In this document: positions 26,121 to 38,327 of the stretch, one piece after another
Layout of the letters: every line of letters starts with the position of its first letter
Position numbering within the stretch: the stretch's first letter is position 1
Source: Mobula hypostoma
Taxonomy: Eukaryota
DNA length: 64,000 nt
NCBI RefSeq assembly: GCF_963921235.1
Contig: NC_086107.1
Span: 100,380,001-100,444,000, forward strand
Reading direction: 5' to 3'
The notes under the pieces: generated by a model
What the model saw: only the letters and a program-made list of their open reading frames with translations
Told to the model about the DNA's origin: nothing
Database searches by the model: none
Program-made: the position numbers and the translations under genes

Positions 26121-27116
26121 TGTTAATCCCACCCGAATCTGCTTAAACAATGTCAGGAGAGGAGATTCTGTTGGACTCTCCCTCCTGAAGGATCGCTGTG
26201 TGAATAAAGATCTATATTTCCTACTTCCATGTGACTCAGTTTTAGTTCTGTTAACCTGCATGGATTTCATTTTAAACCAACAGAGCCACCACACCCTTAT
26301 CTGCCTACCTTCTCTGGAACAGTGAATGAGGAAATATCTAAATGTATTAACTCTTGAGAGATCCGCAAAGGGCAAACAAAAAGTGTCTATTTCTCTCACC
26401 TGCAGAACCACTACGAGGGAGTAAGTTCATTGGTAGATTAGAGAGAAATGGAGGGAAAAAAAACATTTCACTCAACAAGTAGTGGAGTTTGAGCTCAGTG
26501 GCTGAGTTCATGATTTAAGATACAGACCCTGACTACATTTAAAAGTGCCTGTGCACTTTAAAAGTACAGGAAGAGCTATAACCTTCCAACTTTGGACCAG
26601 GAACTAGGAAATGAATTAAACAAAGTCCATCTTTGGTCGACACAGATCTTGATCTGCGAGCAGCCTCCTTCTGTCATAAGTTTCTCTAACTCTGTGTATC
26701 CAGGTTTAGGAACAGTTACTATCCCTCAACTATCATGTTCTTGTACCAAAGGGGACAACTTCACTCAACTTCACTTGCCCCGTCACTGAACTGTTCCTGC
26801 AACCAATGAACTCGCTTTCAAGGACTCTGCATCTCATGTTCTCAATACTTATTGCTCATTAATTTATTATTATTATTTCTTTCTTTTTGTCTTCCGCAGA
26901 GTTTGCTGTCTTCTACACACTAGTTGAATGCCCAAGTTGGGTGGTCCTTCATTGATTCTGTTATGGTTATTATTCTACAGATTTCTTGGGTATGCTGGCA
27001 AGAAAATGAATCTCAGCGTTGTATATGGTGACAATGTACTTTGATAATAAATTTACTTTGAGCTTTGAATCTCTGATAAAACATGTGAACTAATGTTTCA
27101 ATCCTAGCTTCTAACA

Positions 27117-27887
27117 CGGGGATCCCCAACCTTTTTTGCACCGCGGACTGGTTTAATATTGACAATATTCTTGCGGACCGGTCGACCCGGGGGGGGGGGG
27201 GTGTTCAAGTAGGGTTAAACTCACCTCAACATGTCTTTTACAGTTAGGGTTGCCAACTTTCTCACTCCCAAATAAGGAACAAAAGTAGCAGCCAAATACA
27301 GGACAGTGTTTACCCCGAGAAAGACTACCATGATCATGAAGCCTTGCGTGGGCACCTGCGTGTGCATGCGTGACGCGCTGATTTTTTCCCCCCACAAATC
27401 GGTTTTCACTTAATTTTCCCAACTACACTGTACATACATTATTTTTACTTTGTATAGGCTGCCTATTTATCATATCATTCCTGTTTTTACTATATGTTAG
27501 TGTTATTTTCGGCTTTATGTGTTATTTGGAATGATTTGGTAGGTTATTTTTTTGGGTCTGGGAACGCTCAAAAAATTTTCCCATATAAATTAATGGTAAT
27601 TGCTTCTTTGTTTTACGCCATTTCGGCACGAAAGGTTTCATAGGAACGCTCTACCTTAGTGGGGGAAATACGGGACAAGGGCGGTCCCGTATGGGACAAA
27701 CCAATTTAGCCCAATATACAGGATGTCCCGGCAAATACGGGACTGTTGACAACCCTATGTTCAAGTTCAACAGTGCGTGACAGGGAATGAGGAAAGGTGC
27801 AGCTGACTCATATCGTTTCCTCGCGGCCCGGTAGCGTATGCTTTATGGCCCGGTATCGGTCTGCGGCCCGGTGGTTGGGCACCGCTG
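27117..27887. mobile_element. hAT (Charlie/Buster-like) non-autonomous element
   Basis: Degenerate TIRs CGGGGATCCCCAACC...GGTTGGGCACCGCTG; 8-bp TSD TTCTAACA (27109-27116, 27888-27895); same family as 61773-63155. Confidence 0.85.
27210..27757. mobile_element. Nested hAT MITE with TAGGGTT ends
   Basis: 8-bp TSD TGTTCAAG (27202-27209, 27758-27765); TIR TAGGGTTGCCAAC / GTTGACAACCCTA; CGGGAC subterminal repeats. Confidence 0.82.
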
Positions 27888-27952
27888 TTCTAACAGATGA
27901 ACACTAAGTTTGATTTCAATATTTAACGTAAGCTATTAATATTGGTACGTAC

Positions 27953-28086
27953 TTTGGTTCACGGCCGGCAAGAATCATTTGGAAGATACCAACACAAGCT
28001 CCACGCTTCCCTTCCCAATATTCCGGATTTGGATCCAGGCGCTCAAGAACATCAAAAGCTTTAGCAGCATAGTAGAACTGTCCCAT
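27953..28086 (-). CDS. TTC26: IFT56/TTC26 penultimate exon [44 protein letters not shown](K) (134 nt)
   Basis: AG/GT boundaries, phase 0-2; near-identical to the human C-terminal region. Confidence 0.97.
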
Positions 28087-28699
28087 CTGAAAACAGATAT
28101 AATAACTGAGATCTCGAGATTCACCATTTACATTTCATTACTTTGAAGTTTCATTGTATACATTAAAAGATATTTTTTATGAAATAGTAAGGGAAAAAGC
28201 AATGGAATTGCCATCATAGAAATTGGTTATTTGGTGGAACTGCTTTGTGCCAATGTTTTCCCACTCTGGTGAAGTCAGATTTTGCGTAACCTTCTGATCA
28301 AAACTTCATACTAACATGATCATCTATCTCTAGCTATCAAATATTGCTATGATAATTGTATATTCTAGTATCAATTGTTTGGTGACAATAAAGTATAAAG
28401 TATAATACTGCCCAATTCCACTCCTGTTTTAACTCTTCTTCTGACTTTGTGATTTTGCTGTCTTAAAATTAACTATTCTACTATAATCTCTAGTCTTGTT
28501 TCCTACGGTCCACATTTTTGGGATGTGGGAAGAAACTGGAGCAGCTGGGGAAAAACCTTGAGAGTTGTTGGTGACACACCATCCTGGAATGTGGGAGTGC
28601 TCATCAGGTTACAGACTTGTTCCTTGTGGATGGTGGAATGAGATTCAGGTGTCTAGGGAGTGAGTGAGCGAGTCACTCAATACTTTTAAAAAAAATATT

Positions 28700-29616
28700 A
28701 TTTTGAAAATCAACTTTATTCACTAAATTTTATATGAATACAAAAAACCAATATATGCCTTCTACAGTTTTACTGTTGTTCAGCTTGTCCATTCAGTTCC
28801 ATACGCTGGGGGTATTTCCATATTCTGTGCTTATGGTCCTTCCCCAGGAAGCCTTTGTATTAGCTACTCCGAGCTTCACAGCACCCCTCAGCATGTTCGC
28901 CTGTTGAATGGAGGAGTCAGCAGCGCATTCCTTTCCGGATGTCTCACTGTACCGTAGGACCAACAAAGTTTGGGCAGATCAAAGAGCACCTTTTACCGAG
29001 TTGATGATCTTACAGCAGCATTTGGTACTTGTCTCAGTGTGTCCCGGGGAACCGCTCATAGATCAAGAAGCCCTCTATGACTCAGCTGCTTGGGATGAAA
29101 TGCAACCTTTGCATCCTTCACCAGACCTCCTTTACAAATACACAGACACACAGAGTCTGCAAAGAGGTGGGTGACCATCTCATTCTCATCACAGTCACCC
29201 CAAGGGCAGTGGGCATTGGGAGTGACATTCCGACCGCACAGGAAGGGTGCGACAGGGAGGGTCAGTTAGGTGAGGTTTTGTTGGTGAGTTCTGATGATGG
29301 GACATTGTGCCAGATGATTTGGATAGTCTGCTCAGGAAATGACCCATTGCGTCTTTGTCTCGCATTGCCTGCATTATATTCTGTGCTGACCACTGCCTGA
29401 TCGAACGTGTTCTCCTGAAAGAACTTTTCCGTGAAGGATAGGTGGTGCAGCAACGTCCAACTAACTGGATGACAATGGGGCTGGGTCCATCCTCTGCAAT
29501 ATGGGGGACAGGTAGAACCTCAGTAGGCTACAATAACTGATGATGCCTGTGTACTTGGGTTCCAAACACAACCTGATACAGCCACACAAAAAGTGCTATG
29601 TAATTCTTGAGAAAAG
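28700..29616 (-). mobile_element. Tx1/L1-clade LINE 3' part (host of the Gypsy insertion)
   Basis: Minus-strand remnants FVCGCIRLCLEPKY, LSFTEKFFQENTFD and FPEQTIQIIWHNVPSSELTNK resemble a Tx1 ORF2 C-terminus; AATAAA near 28720. Boundaries approximate. Confidence 0.65.
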
Positions 29617-29857
29617 GTATTGTGGCGACCCACTTTCTAGCACACACGAACCGGCTCACGAAACAGCGCGAGCAGGCAGAGAGGCCGGCCCCAGAAAGGG
29701 CGCCAGCCATCTTCACCAGCAGGGGGAAAATCCCGCGCGCGAAAAGGGTTTGGGAATATGCTTTCCCCACAGCAGTCCCGCCCAGGGAGGGCGGGAACGG
29801 GAAGGCTTTAAAGCAGGCCGCGAAGTTTGAATAAACCTCTTTCATCGCAACTCTAAC

Positions 29858-30391
29858 GTGCTGAGCTCCCTCGACCAAGAGACTGTTGCACAAGTTGAGG
29901 AGTTTACACAGTCACCCCCGGAGGACGGCAAATACACAGCATTCAAAGCCCTGCTCATAAGGACTTTCGGACTCTCACGGCGCGAACGAGCACGCCGCTT
30001 AATGCACCTGGATAGTTTGGGAGACAGGCCGCCATCGGCATTAATGAACAAAATGCTGGCCCTGGCTGAAGGACACAAACCCTGCCTCACGTTTGAGCAG
30101 GCGTTCCTAGAGCAACTGCCCGAGGACATACGCCTGCTGCTGTCCAACACAGATTCCAGCAACCCCCGGGAGGTGGCGGCCCGAGCAGATGCGCTGTGCA
30201 ATGCCAGGAAAGAGAGAGGGGCGTCCATCGGACAGATCACCAAGCTGCGTGCCCAACGACAGACCAGACCAGGCCCGGCAGCAGAGCCCAACGAACAATG
30301 GTGTTTCTACCACCAGTGGTGGGGCACAGAGGCCCGCCGCTGTAGACCACCCTGCAAATTCCCGGGAAACGCCAGGGCCAGCCGCCGCTGA
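29858..30391 (+). pseudogene. Gypsy gag, N-terminally deleted, with C-X2-H-X9-C-X3-C motif
   Basis: ORF 29858..30391 contains LGDRPPSALM and CFYHQWWGTEARRCRPPC. Confidence 0.85.
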
Positions 30392-33300
30392 TGGCTACGG
30401 CGGCTGGCCATCAGGACAACCTCCTGTATGTCTGGGACAAGCAGTCGGGACGCCGCTTTTTGGTCAACACCAAGCGGAGATCAGCGTCTTACCTCCAACG
30501 AGTTACGACACCCGCAACAGAGAACCGGGCCCCACCCTGAGGGCCGCAAATGGCAGCACAATACGAACCTACGGCACCTGCACGGTGCGGCTACAGTTCA
30601 GCTCTAGCCGGTTCACGTGGGACTTTACACTGGCCGCTGTGGCCCAACCACTCCTGGGGGTGGATTTTCTGCGAGCCCACAGCCTGCTGGTCGACATGCA
30701 AGGGAAGCGATTAGTCCATGCCAAGACTTTACAAACATTCTCCCTGGATGAAGCAAAGTCGCCAGCCCCACACTTGGACTCCATCACGCTGTCTGACGAC
30801 GAATTCACCAGGGTCCTGGCAGATTTCCCATCAGTACTGACACCGCAGTTCACGACAGCCATGCCCAGACACGGAGTACAGCACCACATCCCGACCCAGG
30901 GACCACTCCTCCACGCCTGTGCTCGAAGGCTTCCCCCAGACAAGCTCCGACTGGCGAAGGAGGAGTTCAAGAAGATGGAGGAATTGGGGATCATACAACA
31001 GTCCAACAGCCCATGGGCCTCACCCCTGCACATGGTGCCCAAGGCAACGGGGGGCTGGAGACCATGCGGTGACTACCTCAGACTGAACGAGGCTACAACG
31101 CCAGACCGCTACCCTGTGCCAAACATTCAAGACTTTGCAGTAAACCTACACGGCGCAAGGATCTTTTCCAAGGTAGACCTCATCCGGGGATACCATCAAA
31201 TCCCGGTACATCCGGACAACATCCCCAAAACAGCACTTATCACCCTGTTCGGCCTTTTCGAATTCCTTTGAATGCCGTTCAGCCTAAAAAGTGCCGCACA
31301 GACGTTCCAACGGCTAATGGACGCGGTGGGACGCGACCTGGACTTTGCATTCATCTATTTGGACGACATCCTCATAGCCAGCAGTAGTCGTCAGGAGCAT
31401 CTGTCCCACCTCCGCCAGCGCTACTCCCGCCTGAGCGAATTCGGCCTCACAATCAAGCCAGCCAAATGCCAGTTCGGACTCGATACCATCGACTTCCTGG
31501 GCCACAGGATTACTAAAGACAGGGCAACCCCGCTGCCCGCCAAGGTAGATGCAGTCCGCCACTTCCCCCGACCCAACACAATCAAAGGCCTGCAGGAATT
31601 CGTGGGTATGGTGAATTTCTACCACTGTTTCCTCCCCTCAGCAGCCCGAACCATGTGCCCCCTGTTCACTCTGATGTTGGGCAAGGGCAAGGACATTACC
31701 TGGGACGAAGAGGCCGCAGCCGCTTTCGTTAAAACCAAAGAAGCCTTGGCAAACGCTGCATGCTAGTGCACCCCAGAACGGACGTTCCTACTGCCCTCAC
31801 GGTGGACGCATCCAACACAGCGGTCGGTGGAGTGCTGGAACAACTCATCGAGGGTCACTGGCAACCCCTGGCGTTCTTCAGCAAACACCTACGACCACCC
31901 GAACTCAAATACAGTGCTTTTGACCGGGAGCTATTGACACTATACCTGGCAATCCGGTATTTCAGATACTTCTTAGAAGGTAGGCCCTTCACTGTGTTCA
32001 CAGACCACAAACCGCTTACCTTTGCGTTCACGAAGGTGTCCGACCCCTGGTTGTCCCACCAGCAGCGACATCTGTCCTACATCTCCGAGTACATGACGGA
32101 CATCCGGCATGTCTCGGGAAAGGAAAGCATCGTGGTGGACGCACCTTCCAGACCGACCATACAGGCCCTGTCCCAGGGAGTGGACTATGCAGCACTGGCA
32201 GAGGCACAGCAGGCAGACACTGAGATCCCCAGTTACAGGACTGCAGTCTCCGGTTTGCAGCTTCAAGACCTCCCCGTAGGCCCAGGTGAGAGGACCCTAC
32301 TATGTGACATAGCTACCGGCCAACCCCGCCCCGTCGTCCCAGCAGACTGGCGCCGGCGGGTTTTCGAGTCCATTCACAACTTAGCGCATCCCTCCATCAG
32401 GACAACCGTCCGGCTGGTCTCCAACAGGTTCGTGTGGCATGGACTTCGTAAGCAGGTCAGTGAATGGGCCAAAACGTGCATGCAGTGCCAAACGGCCAAG
32501 GTGCAGCGGCACACCAAGGCTCCACCGCAGCAGTTCGAACCCACCCGCCGGAGGTTCGACCACATCCATGTGGATATCGTGGGGCCCCTGCCAGTGTCAT
32601 GAGGAGTGCGGTACCTCCTAACTATGATAGACCGGTTCACCAGATGGCCAGAGGCAGTCCCGCTCACCGACACTACCTCCGAATCCTGCGCCCGAGCACT
32701 GATCGCAACCTGGGTAGCACGCTTTGGGGTACCGGCCCACATTACCTCCGACAGGGGCGCCCAGTTCACCTCCAGCCTGTGGTTGGCTATGGCCAGACTT
32801 TTAGGAACGCAGCTACACCACACAACTGCCTACCACCCACAGTTGAACGGACTAGTGGAGCGCTTCCACCGTCACCTGAAATCGGCTCTCATGGCCCGCC
32901 TGGAGGGGCCTAACTGGGTGGACGAGCTTCTCTGGGTCCTGCTCGGAATCCGCACGGCGCCCAAGGAGGATCTGCACACCTCGTTGGCCGAGTTGGTGTA
33001 CGGCGCGACCCTGGTCGTCCCAGGAGAGTTCATACCAGCCCCAAGGGGGCAAGAGGAAGAACCCACAGCAGTCCTGGACAGACTACGGGAGAAGCTCGGT
33101 AACCTGGCCCTCATCCCCACTTCACAGCACGGACAGAGCCCGACCTGCGTACCCAAAGACCTGCAGAACTGTAAGTTTCTTTTTGTACGACAGGGAAGAC
33201 ACTGGGTACTGCTACAGCGGCCCTACGAGGGGCCGTTTAAGGTGATCAGGAATAACGGGTCCACGTTCGTGCTGGACATTGTGGGGAGAGAGGAGGTTTT

Positions 33301-33667
33301 CACGGTGGATCGACTCAAACCGGCCCATGTGGACTTGGTGCAGCCAGTCCGGGCTCAGGCACCGCGGTGCAGGGGAAGACCTCCCAAACAGAGGCCGATC
33401 CAGACTGTGGACATTGGGGGAGGTATCGCCCGTTCTGGGGTGGGGTGGGGAGGTTATGTGGCGACCCACTTTCTAGCACACATGAACCGGCTCACGAAAC
33501 AGTGCATGCAGGCAGAGAGGCCGGCCCCAAAAAGGGCGCCAGGCCACCTTCACCAGCAGGGGGAAAATCCCATGCGCGGAAAGGGTCTGGGAATATGCTT
33601 TCCCCACAACAATCCCACCCAGGGAAGGCGGGAACGGGAAGGCTTTAAAGCAGGCCGCAAAGTTTGA
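30391..33667 (+). pseudogene. Gypsy pol (protease, RT, RNase H, integrase), disrupted
   Basis: FLVNT-[frameshift]-AEISV protease site; YLDD at 31356-31367; TVDAS RNase H; HHCC and DDE integrase. TGA stops at 31269 and 32600; frameshifts near 30472 and 31760. Confidence 0.93.
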
Positions 33668-33748
33668 ATAAACCTCTTTCATCGCAACTCTAACTCACCG
33701 ACTACGGGTGGTTATTTTAGCGCTGTGTGTAGCACACCGCTACAGTAT

Positions 33749-33935
33749 CATCACATCATTTACAAGCAAACGGGGGAAGACGAGGAGGAGGAGATCAGTA
33801 GCTGGAAACCCATATCACTGTTGAAAATGGATTACAGGATCCTGTCCAAGGTCAATGCCAATCAGGTCAAATCAAGAGCTATACCAGGCAGGAAAGCCTT
33901 TGACATCCTTGTACTGTTCAGGAATACTATTGCAG
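33749..33935 (+). mobile_element. Tx1/L1-clade RT fragment, inverted relative to the 28.7-29.6 kb piece
   Basis: IYKQ...ISSWKPISLLKMDYRILSKV is the start of the RT domain; it continues RKGI from 29607-29620 across the Gypsy TSD. Confidence 0.65.
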
Positions 33936-36439
33936 AGCAGAGGGTGACAATAGTGTGGGTTCTGGAGTCACATAAAAGGAAGAATAGGAAGGAACGCCAG
34001 ACTTCCTCCCCTAAAGGACATTAGTAAATGTGATGGCTTTTAATGACTATTTTAAGCAACTTTAAATTTACAACAGCGATCTAGTTTGAACTGGAGTCCC
34101 TGGATTATCACTCCAGGCTTCTGAATTATTAGTCTGGTAATTTAACTACTCTGAACCCCTGTCACCTTTCTAACTTCCTCCATACCCAAAACCCTTGCAA
34201 TATCTAAGCTTGTGTAATTCAGGCCTTTGGAACATCACTGATCTGAACTGCTCTCCAGTAATAGCAGTGCCTTCAGCTAATGAGGCGCCAAGGCATGGAA
34301 CTGTAAACACAAAAGAACTGCAGGAAGAACAAAACTAAAGAAGAAAGTGCTGGAAATTGTTGGCAGGTCGGGCCGCATCAATGGGAATTGAAAGAGTCGA
34401 TGTCTCAGGTAGGAAGCTCTTTATCAGACCAAAAAGAACACAAAAGAATCTTGTAAAGTGACAGGGAGGATGGGAAAAGGGGATGTCTCTTTGACAGCGT
34501 TATGCAAGTGACCGGTTGTGGGGTTCCTCCTCAGAATTTCGCCACATTTCTTTTTTTCCAATTAAGAATTTTGACCGTTTTCACCTTGCATTCCGGTGTT
34601 AAATTTTGTTCGAAATTGTATGAAGTGCCATGGGGTATCCACTGTGCTAAACGTGCTAAATAAAGCCCTGATGTAGTTATTGCTCTAGATTACTTTCCTC
34701 CTCTAGCTAGCAAAAATCAATACATAATCGGACAAGAACATCAATGACATTTTGTTGGCAGCAATGGGCTCAGCTCCAAGGTTCTGACAGCTACAAGTGG
34801 TGGAAGCTGTAGTCTTCATTATGGAATGAAATGTTTGTTGGGAAGTAACCAAATTTTAAGTAGCTCACAAATAATTAAAAGCAGAGAAGTTTTAATGAAA
34901 AGGTCACAAGAAATCTAACACTGATCATTATTTAATTTTATTTGTAACGGCAAGGTGAAAGTTGCAGAAATTGTGAACTTTACAAATTTTTTTGGACTTG
35001 GCCATTAGTTCTGAGAGCTGCTCTATTATGTTTTTTGAGAGTCAGCAAAGAGATACTGGTGGGATTGCTCAGACAGTACACAGAAGGTCCTCATGCAAAT
35101 TAGCAACATTTATAGAGTAGCACAAACACTGGCTTGATGGGTTGCCTGTGGAGCTTTCAGGAAGTCCATCTGCCCCACAGGAGGGGAAAGTCAGTAGCTG
35201 GTAGGATGTGTTCCCAGTACTGAAATGGGCTGAGTGCTGGGGCCACTTATTCTCCATTTACAGTGTGACAGGATCCAAGCCACAGAACTGGCTTGCTCCC
35301 CAGAAACAAAACTGTTTGAATTGTTTTTGTAAATTACCATGATTAACTAAAAAGTTAATACACTTTTCTGTAATTTTGACCATCTTGTCTACATGAACTA
35401 TTTTAATGAGAGTTTGGAGCAATGAAGTCGAGGAATAAGGGACAGTTTACACAATTCAAGTGGGAGGAGGCTCTTAAGGAGTTGTATCAATATTTCAGGG
35501 TTTGAATCCTTCAGCAGTTTGCATCTAGATGTTTTATAAAGAGTCTGTCATGTACGACCAGATCATTCAGGCCTGCTGGTCTCCACTCCAACTCACTCAG
35601 CTCACCTTGCACCTGCTATTACCCCACATACTGCCCATGGAGATAACACGGGACTGCTACTGCCATCCCATCCGACCTCTATTCCAATATCTTACATGCA
35701 ACATGAGATACTGAGTCAATTTCCACTGCCATAAACAAGACCAAGAAGATTTTATGATGTCTACATAAAAAATTTGGACGAGGAAACAACTTATTTTTAT
35801 TTATTGAGATACAGCGTGGAATAGACCCTTCTGGCCTTCAACCACACCGCCCAGCAACCCACCTATTTGACCCTAACCTATTCATGGGAAAATTTACAAT
35901 GACCGCATTAACCTACCAACCTGCACGACTTTGGGCTGTGGGAGGAAACTGGAGCACCTGGAGGAAACCTACATGATCACAGAGAGAATGTACAAACTCC
36001 TTAGAGACAACAGTGGGATTGAACCTGGGTCGCTGATACTGTAAAGTGTTTTGTTAACCACTATGCTACCGTGCTTCCATCAGCTGGGGAGTCAGTAATG
36101 AAGGTATCAATTTAAAATTGACACCAAGAGTGTGAGGAGAGGTTAGGAAAAATTTCTTTATGCAGTGTTGTTGAATGCTTGATCATAGAGACCAGGTGGG
36201 AAAAAGAGAGAGAATATTCAGAATAGATAAATATTAGGAGAGGCAGCTACAGGGCAACACATCTTTGTAAGAAGTAGGACAGAGACATTTGTCTGGGTTA
36301 TTCTAGTCAAGAACTGACAAAATCATAATGAATTTGCTTTAAACTTAGGGTAAACTTACGAAATAGGACTGGGAGAATGGCATATAGCCCTTTGAGCTCG
36401 CTCACGACACGTGTGGTGATGATAAATCTGATTCTGATT

Positions 36440-37030
36440 CAGGTTCACGAAGATCATGGCTGCTTTTCCTTGATTCCATTTTTCAACACAATCCCAACCT
36501 CCCTTAATGATACCAATGTCCCAGAAATCGATCGAACACTCTTTCCAATGAACATAATGACTAATCCTGCAGTTATTAGGTGAAGTTGCTTCTACAGGTT
36601 CACCACCTTCTTTGTGAAGAAATTTCACTCATCTCAGTCTTAAATGTTCTACCCATTCTCCCCAAACCATGCTCCCAGTTAAAGACTTCTCAGTCAGAGA
36701 AAACATCCTCTTTGCATCCAGTCTGTCAAGTCTTTGAACAATTCTGTAATTTTCAATGAGATCTCCTTTCATCCTTTGACATTCTAAAAGTCTTAGTCCA
36801 ATCAACCTGCCCACATATAGCAAATTCACCATCTTTGTGACATCCCCAGTGAATATTCTCTGTACTCTTTCTACATCATCTACATCTGTTCTTGTCAAGG
36901 AGACCAAAATGGCAGATAGTATTCCAAATGCATCTCAGCATGATCTTATACAATTATAAGACCTCCTCCTCCTGTAATCAAACTCTCTCATTCTAAAGGC
37001 TAACACACTATTTACCCTCTCAATCATTTC
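36440..37030 (-). mobile_element. Old CR1 LINE fragment
   Basis: ORF 36629..36907 ERVQRIFT...MKGDLIE. Confidence 0.7.
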
Positions 37031-37039
37031 CTGCACTTG

Positions 37040-37568
37040 TATAGTCATAGTCATAGTCATACTTTATTGATCCTGGGGGAAATTGGTTTTCGTTACAGTT
37101 GCTCCATAAATAATAAATAGTAATAGAACCATAAATAGTTAAATAGTAATATGTAAATTATGCCAGTAAATTATGAAATAAGTCCAGGACCAGCCTATTG
37201 GCTCAGGGTGTCTGACCCTCCAAGGGAGGAGTTGTAAAGTTTGATGGCCACAGGCAGGAATGACTTCCTATGACGCTCAGTGCTGCATCTCGGTGGAATG
37301 AGTCTCTGGCTGAATGTACTCCTGTGCCCACCCAGTACGTAATGTAGTGGATGGGAGACATTGACCAAGATGGCATGCAACTTAGACAGCATCCTCTTTT
37401 CAGACACCATCATGAGAGAGTCCAGTTCCATTCCCACAACATCACTGGCCTTACGAATGAGTTTACTGATTCTGTTGGTGTCTGCCACCCTCAGCCTGCT
37501 GCCCCAGCACACAACAGCAAACATGATACCACTGGCCACCACAGACTCGTAGAACATCCTCAGCATCA
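37040..37568 (-). mobile_element. Rex1/Babar-like LINE 3' fragment with (ATAGTC)n tail
   Basis: ORF 37195..37566 FYESVVAS...HPL...SFLPVAIKLYN; related copy at about 17400-17876. Confidence 0.72.
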
Positions 37569-38030
37569 GTATCTTGAGTAAACAAGTATATCCAGATCTC
37601 TTTGAACATCAACACCAACCAAACTCTCTCTCCTTTTAACAAATACTCCACTCAAGTTCAAGTTCATGAATATAGCCAAACAAAACAGCGTTTTACTCCT
37701 CTCTTGATATTTGCAGCAAAGTGGACATCATCACAATTTTCCACATTATAAGCCAACTCACCCAGCTTTCCCATATCATTTTGAAGCCTCTGTACTCACT
37801 CCTCTGTGCTAACAAAGCCCCTGGATATAGCATCATAAGCAAAATAAAAAATAATATTTGTACCATCAGGCAAACTGTTATTTCCACCTGCGGTTCAGCC
37901 ATTTATAAATTTACCAATGATACAACTGTTGTGGGCAATATCTTAGATGGTGACGAGGAGGCGTACAGGAGTGGAGTAGATCAGCTGGTTGAGTGGTGTC
38001 ACAACAACAAGTTTACATTCTATGTCAGCA

Positions 38031-38327
38031 GTAAAGGCATCCGTTAGTCTTGCGGGACCATGGATCTGCGCCTGGAAAGTCTTCACTCTCCAGTGCGCAG
38101 GCCTGGACAAGGTTGTATGGAAGACCAGCAGTTGCCCATGCTGCAAGTCTCCCCTCTCCACGACACCAATGTTGTGCAAGGGAAGGGCATTAGGACCCAT
38201 ACAGCTTGGCACCAGTGTCGTCGCAGAGCAATGTGTGATTAAGTGCCTTGCTCAAGGACACAACACATTTCCTCTGCTGGGGCTTGAACTCACGACCTTC
38301 AGGTCGCTAGTCCAATGCCTTAACCAT
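38031..38327 (-). mobile_element. tRNA-derived SINE
   Basis: Minus-strand head TGGTTAAGGC...GAGTTCAAGCCC (A/B boxes); 13-bp TSD TTCTATGTCAGCA (38018-38030, 38328-38340); interrupts a LINE RT fragment. Confidence 0.8.

Larger units (their letters stand above)
29621..33744 (+). mobile_element. Gypsy (CsRn1-clade-like) LTR retrotransposon, decayed, antisense in a TTC26 intron
   Basis: TGTGGCG...CGCTACA termini; GTAT TSD (29617-29620 and 33745-33748); 5' LTR 29621-29857 (truncated); 3' LTR 33457-33744; G-rich PPT 33437-33456; PR-RT-RH-IN domain order. About 15 substitutions and 1 indel between the LTRs over about 237 bp, counted by eye. Confidence 0.95.

Noticed and set aside
30376..30415. Classical H-type pseudoknot after the slippery site
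   Set aside because: The second pairing partner directly overlaps the 3' arm of stem 1, leaving no connecting loop; treated as an alternative fold instead.
38275..38327. tRNA gene
   Set aside because: Truncated tRNA-like head of a SINE bounded by a 13-bp TSD; no full cloverleaf.
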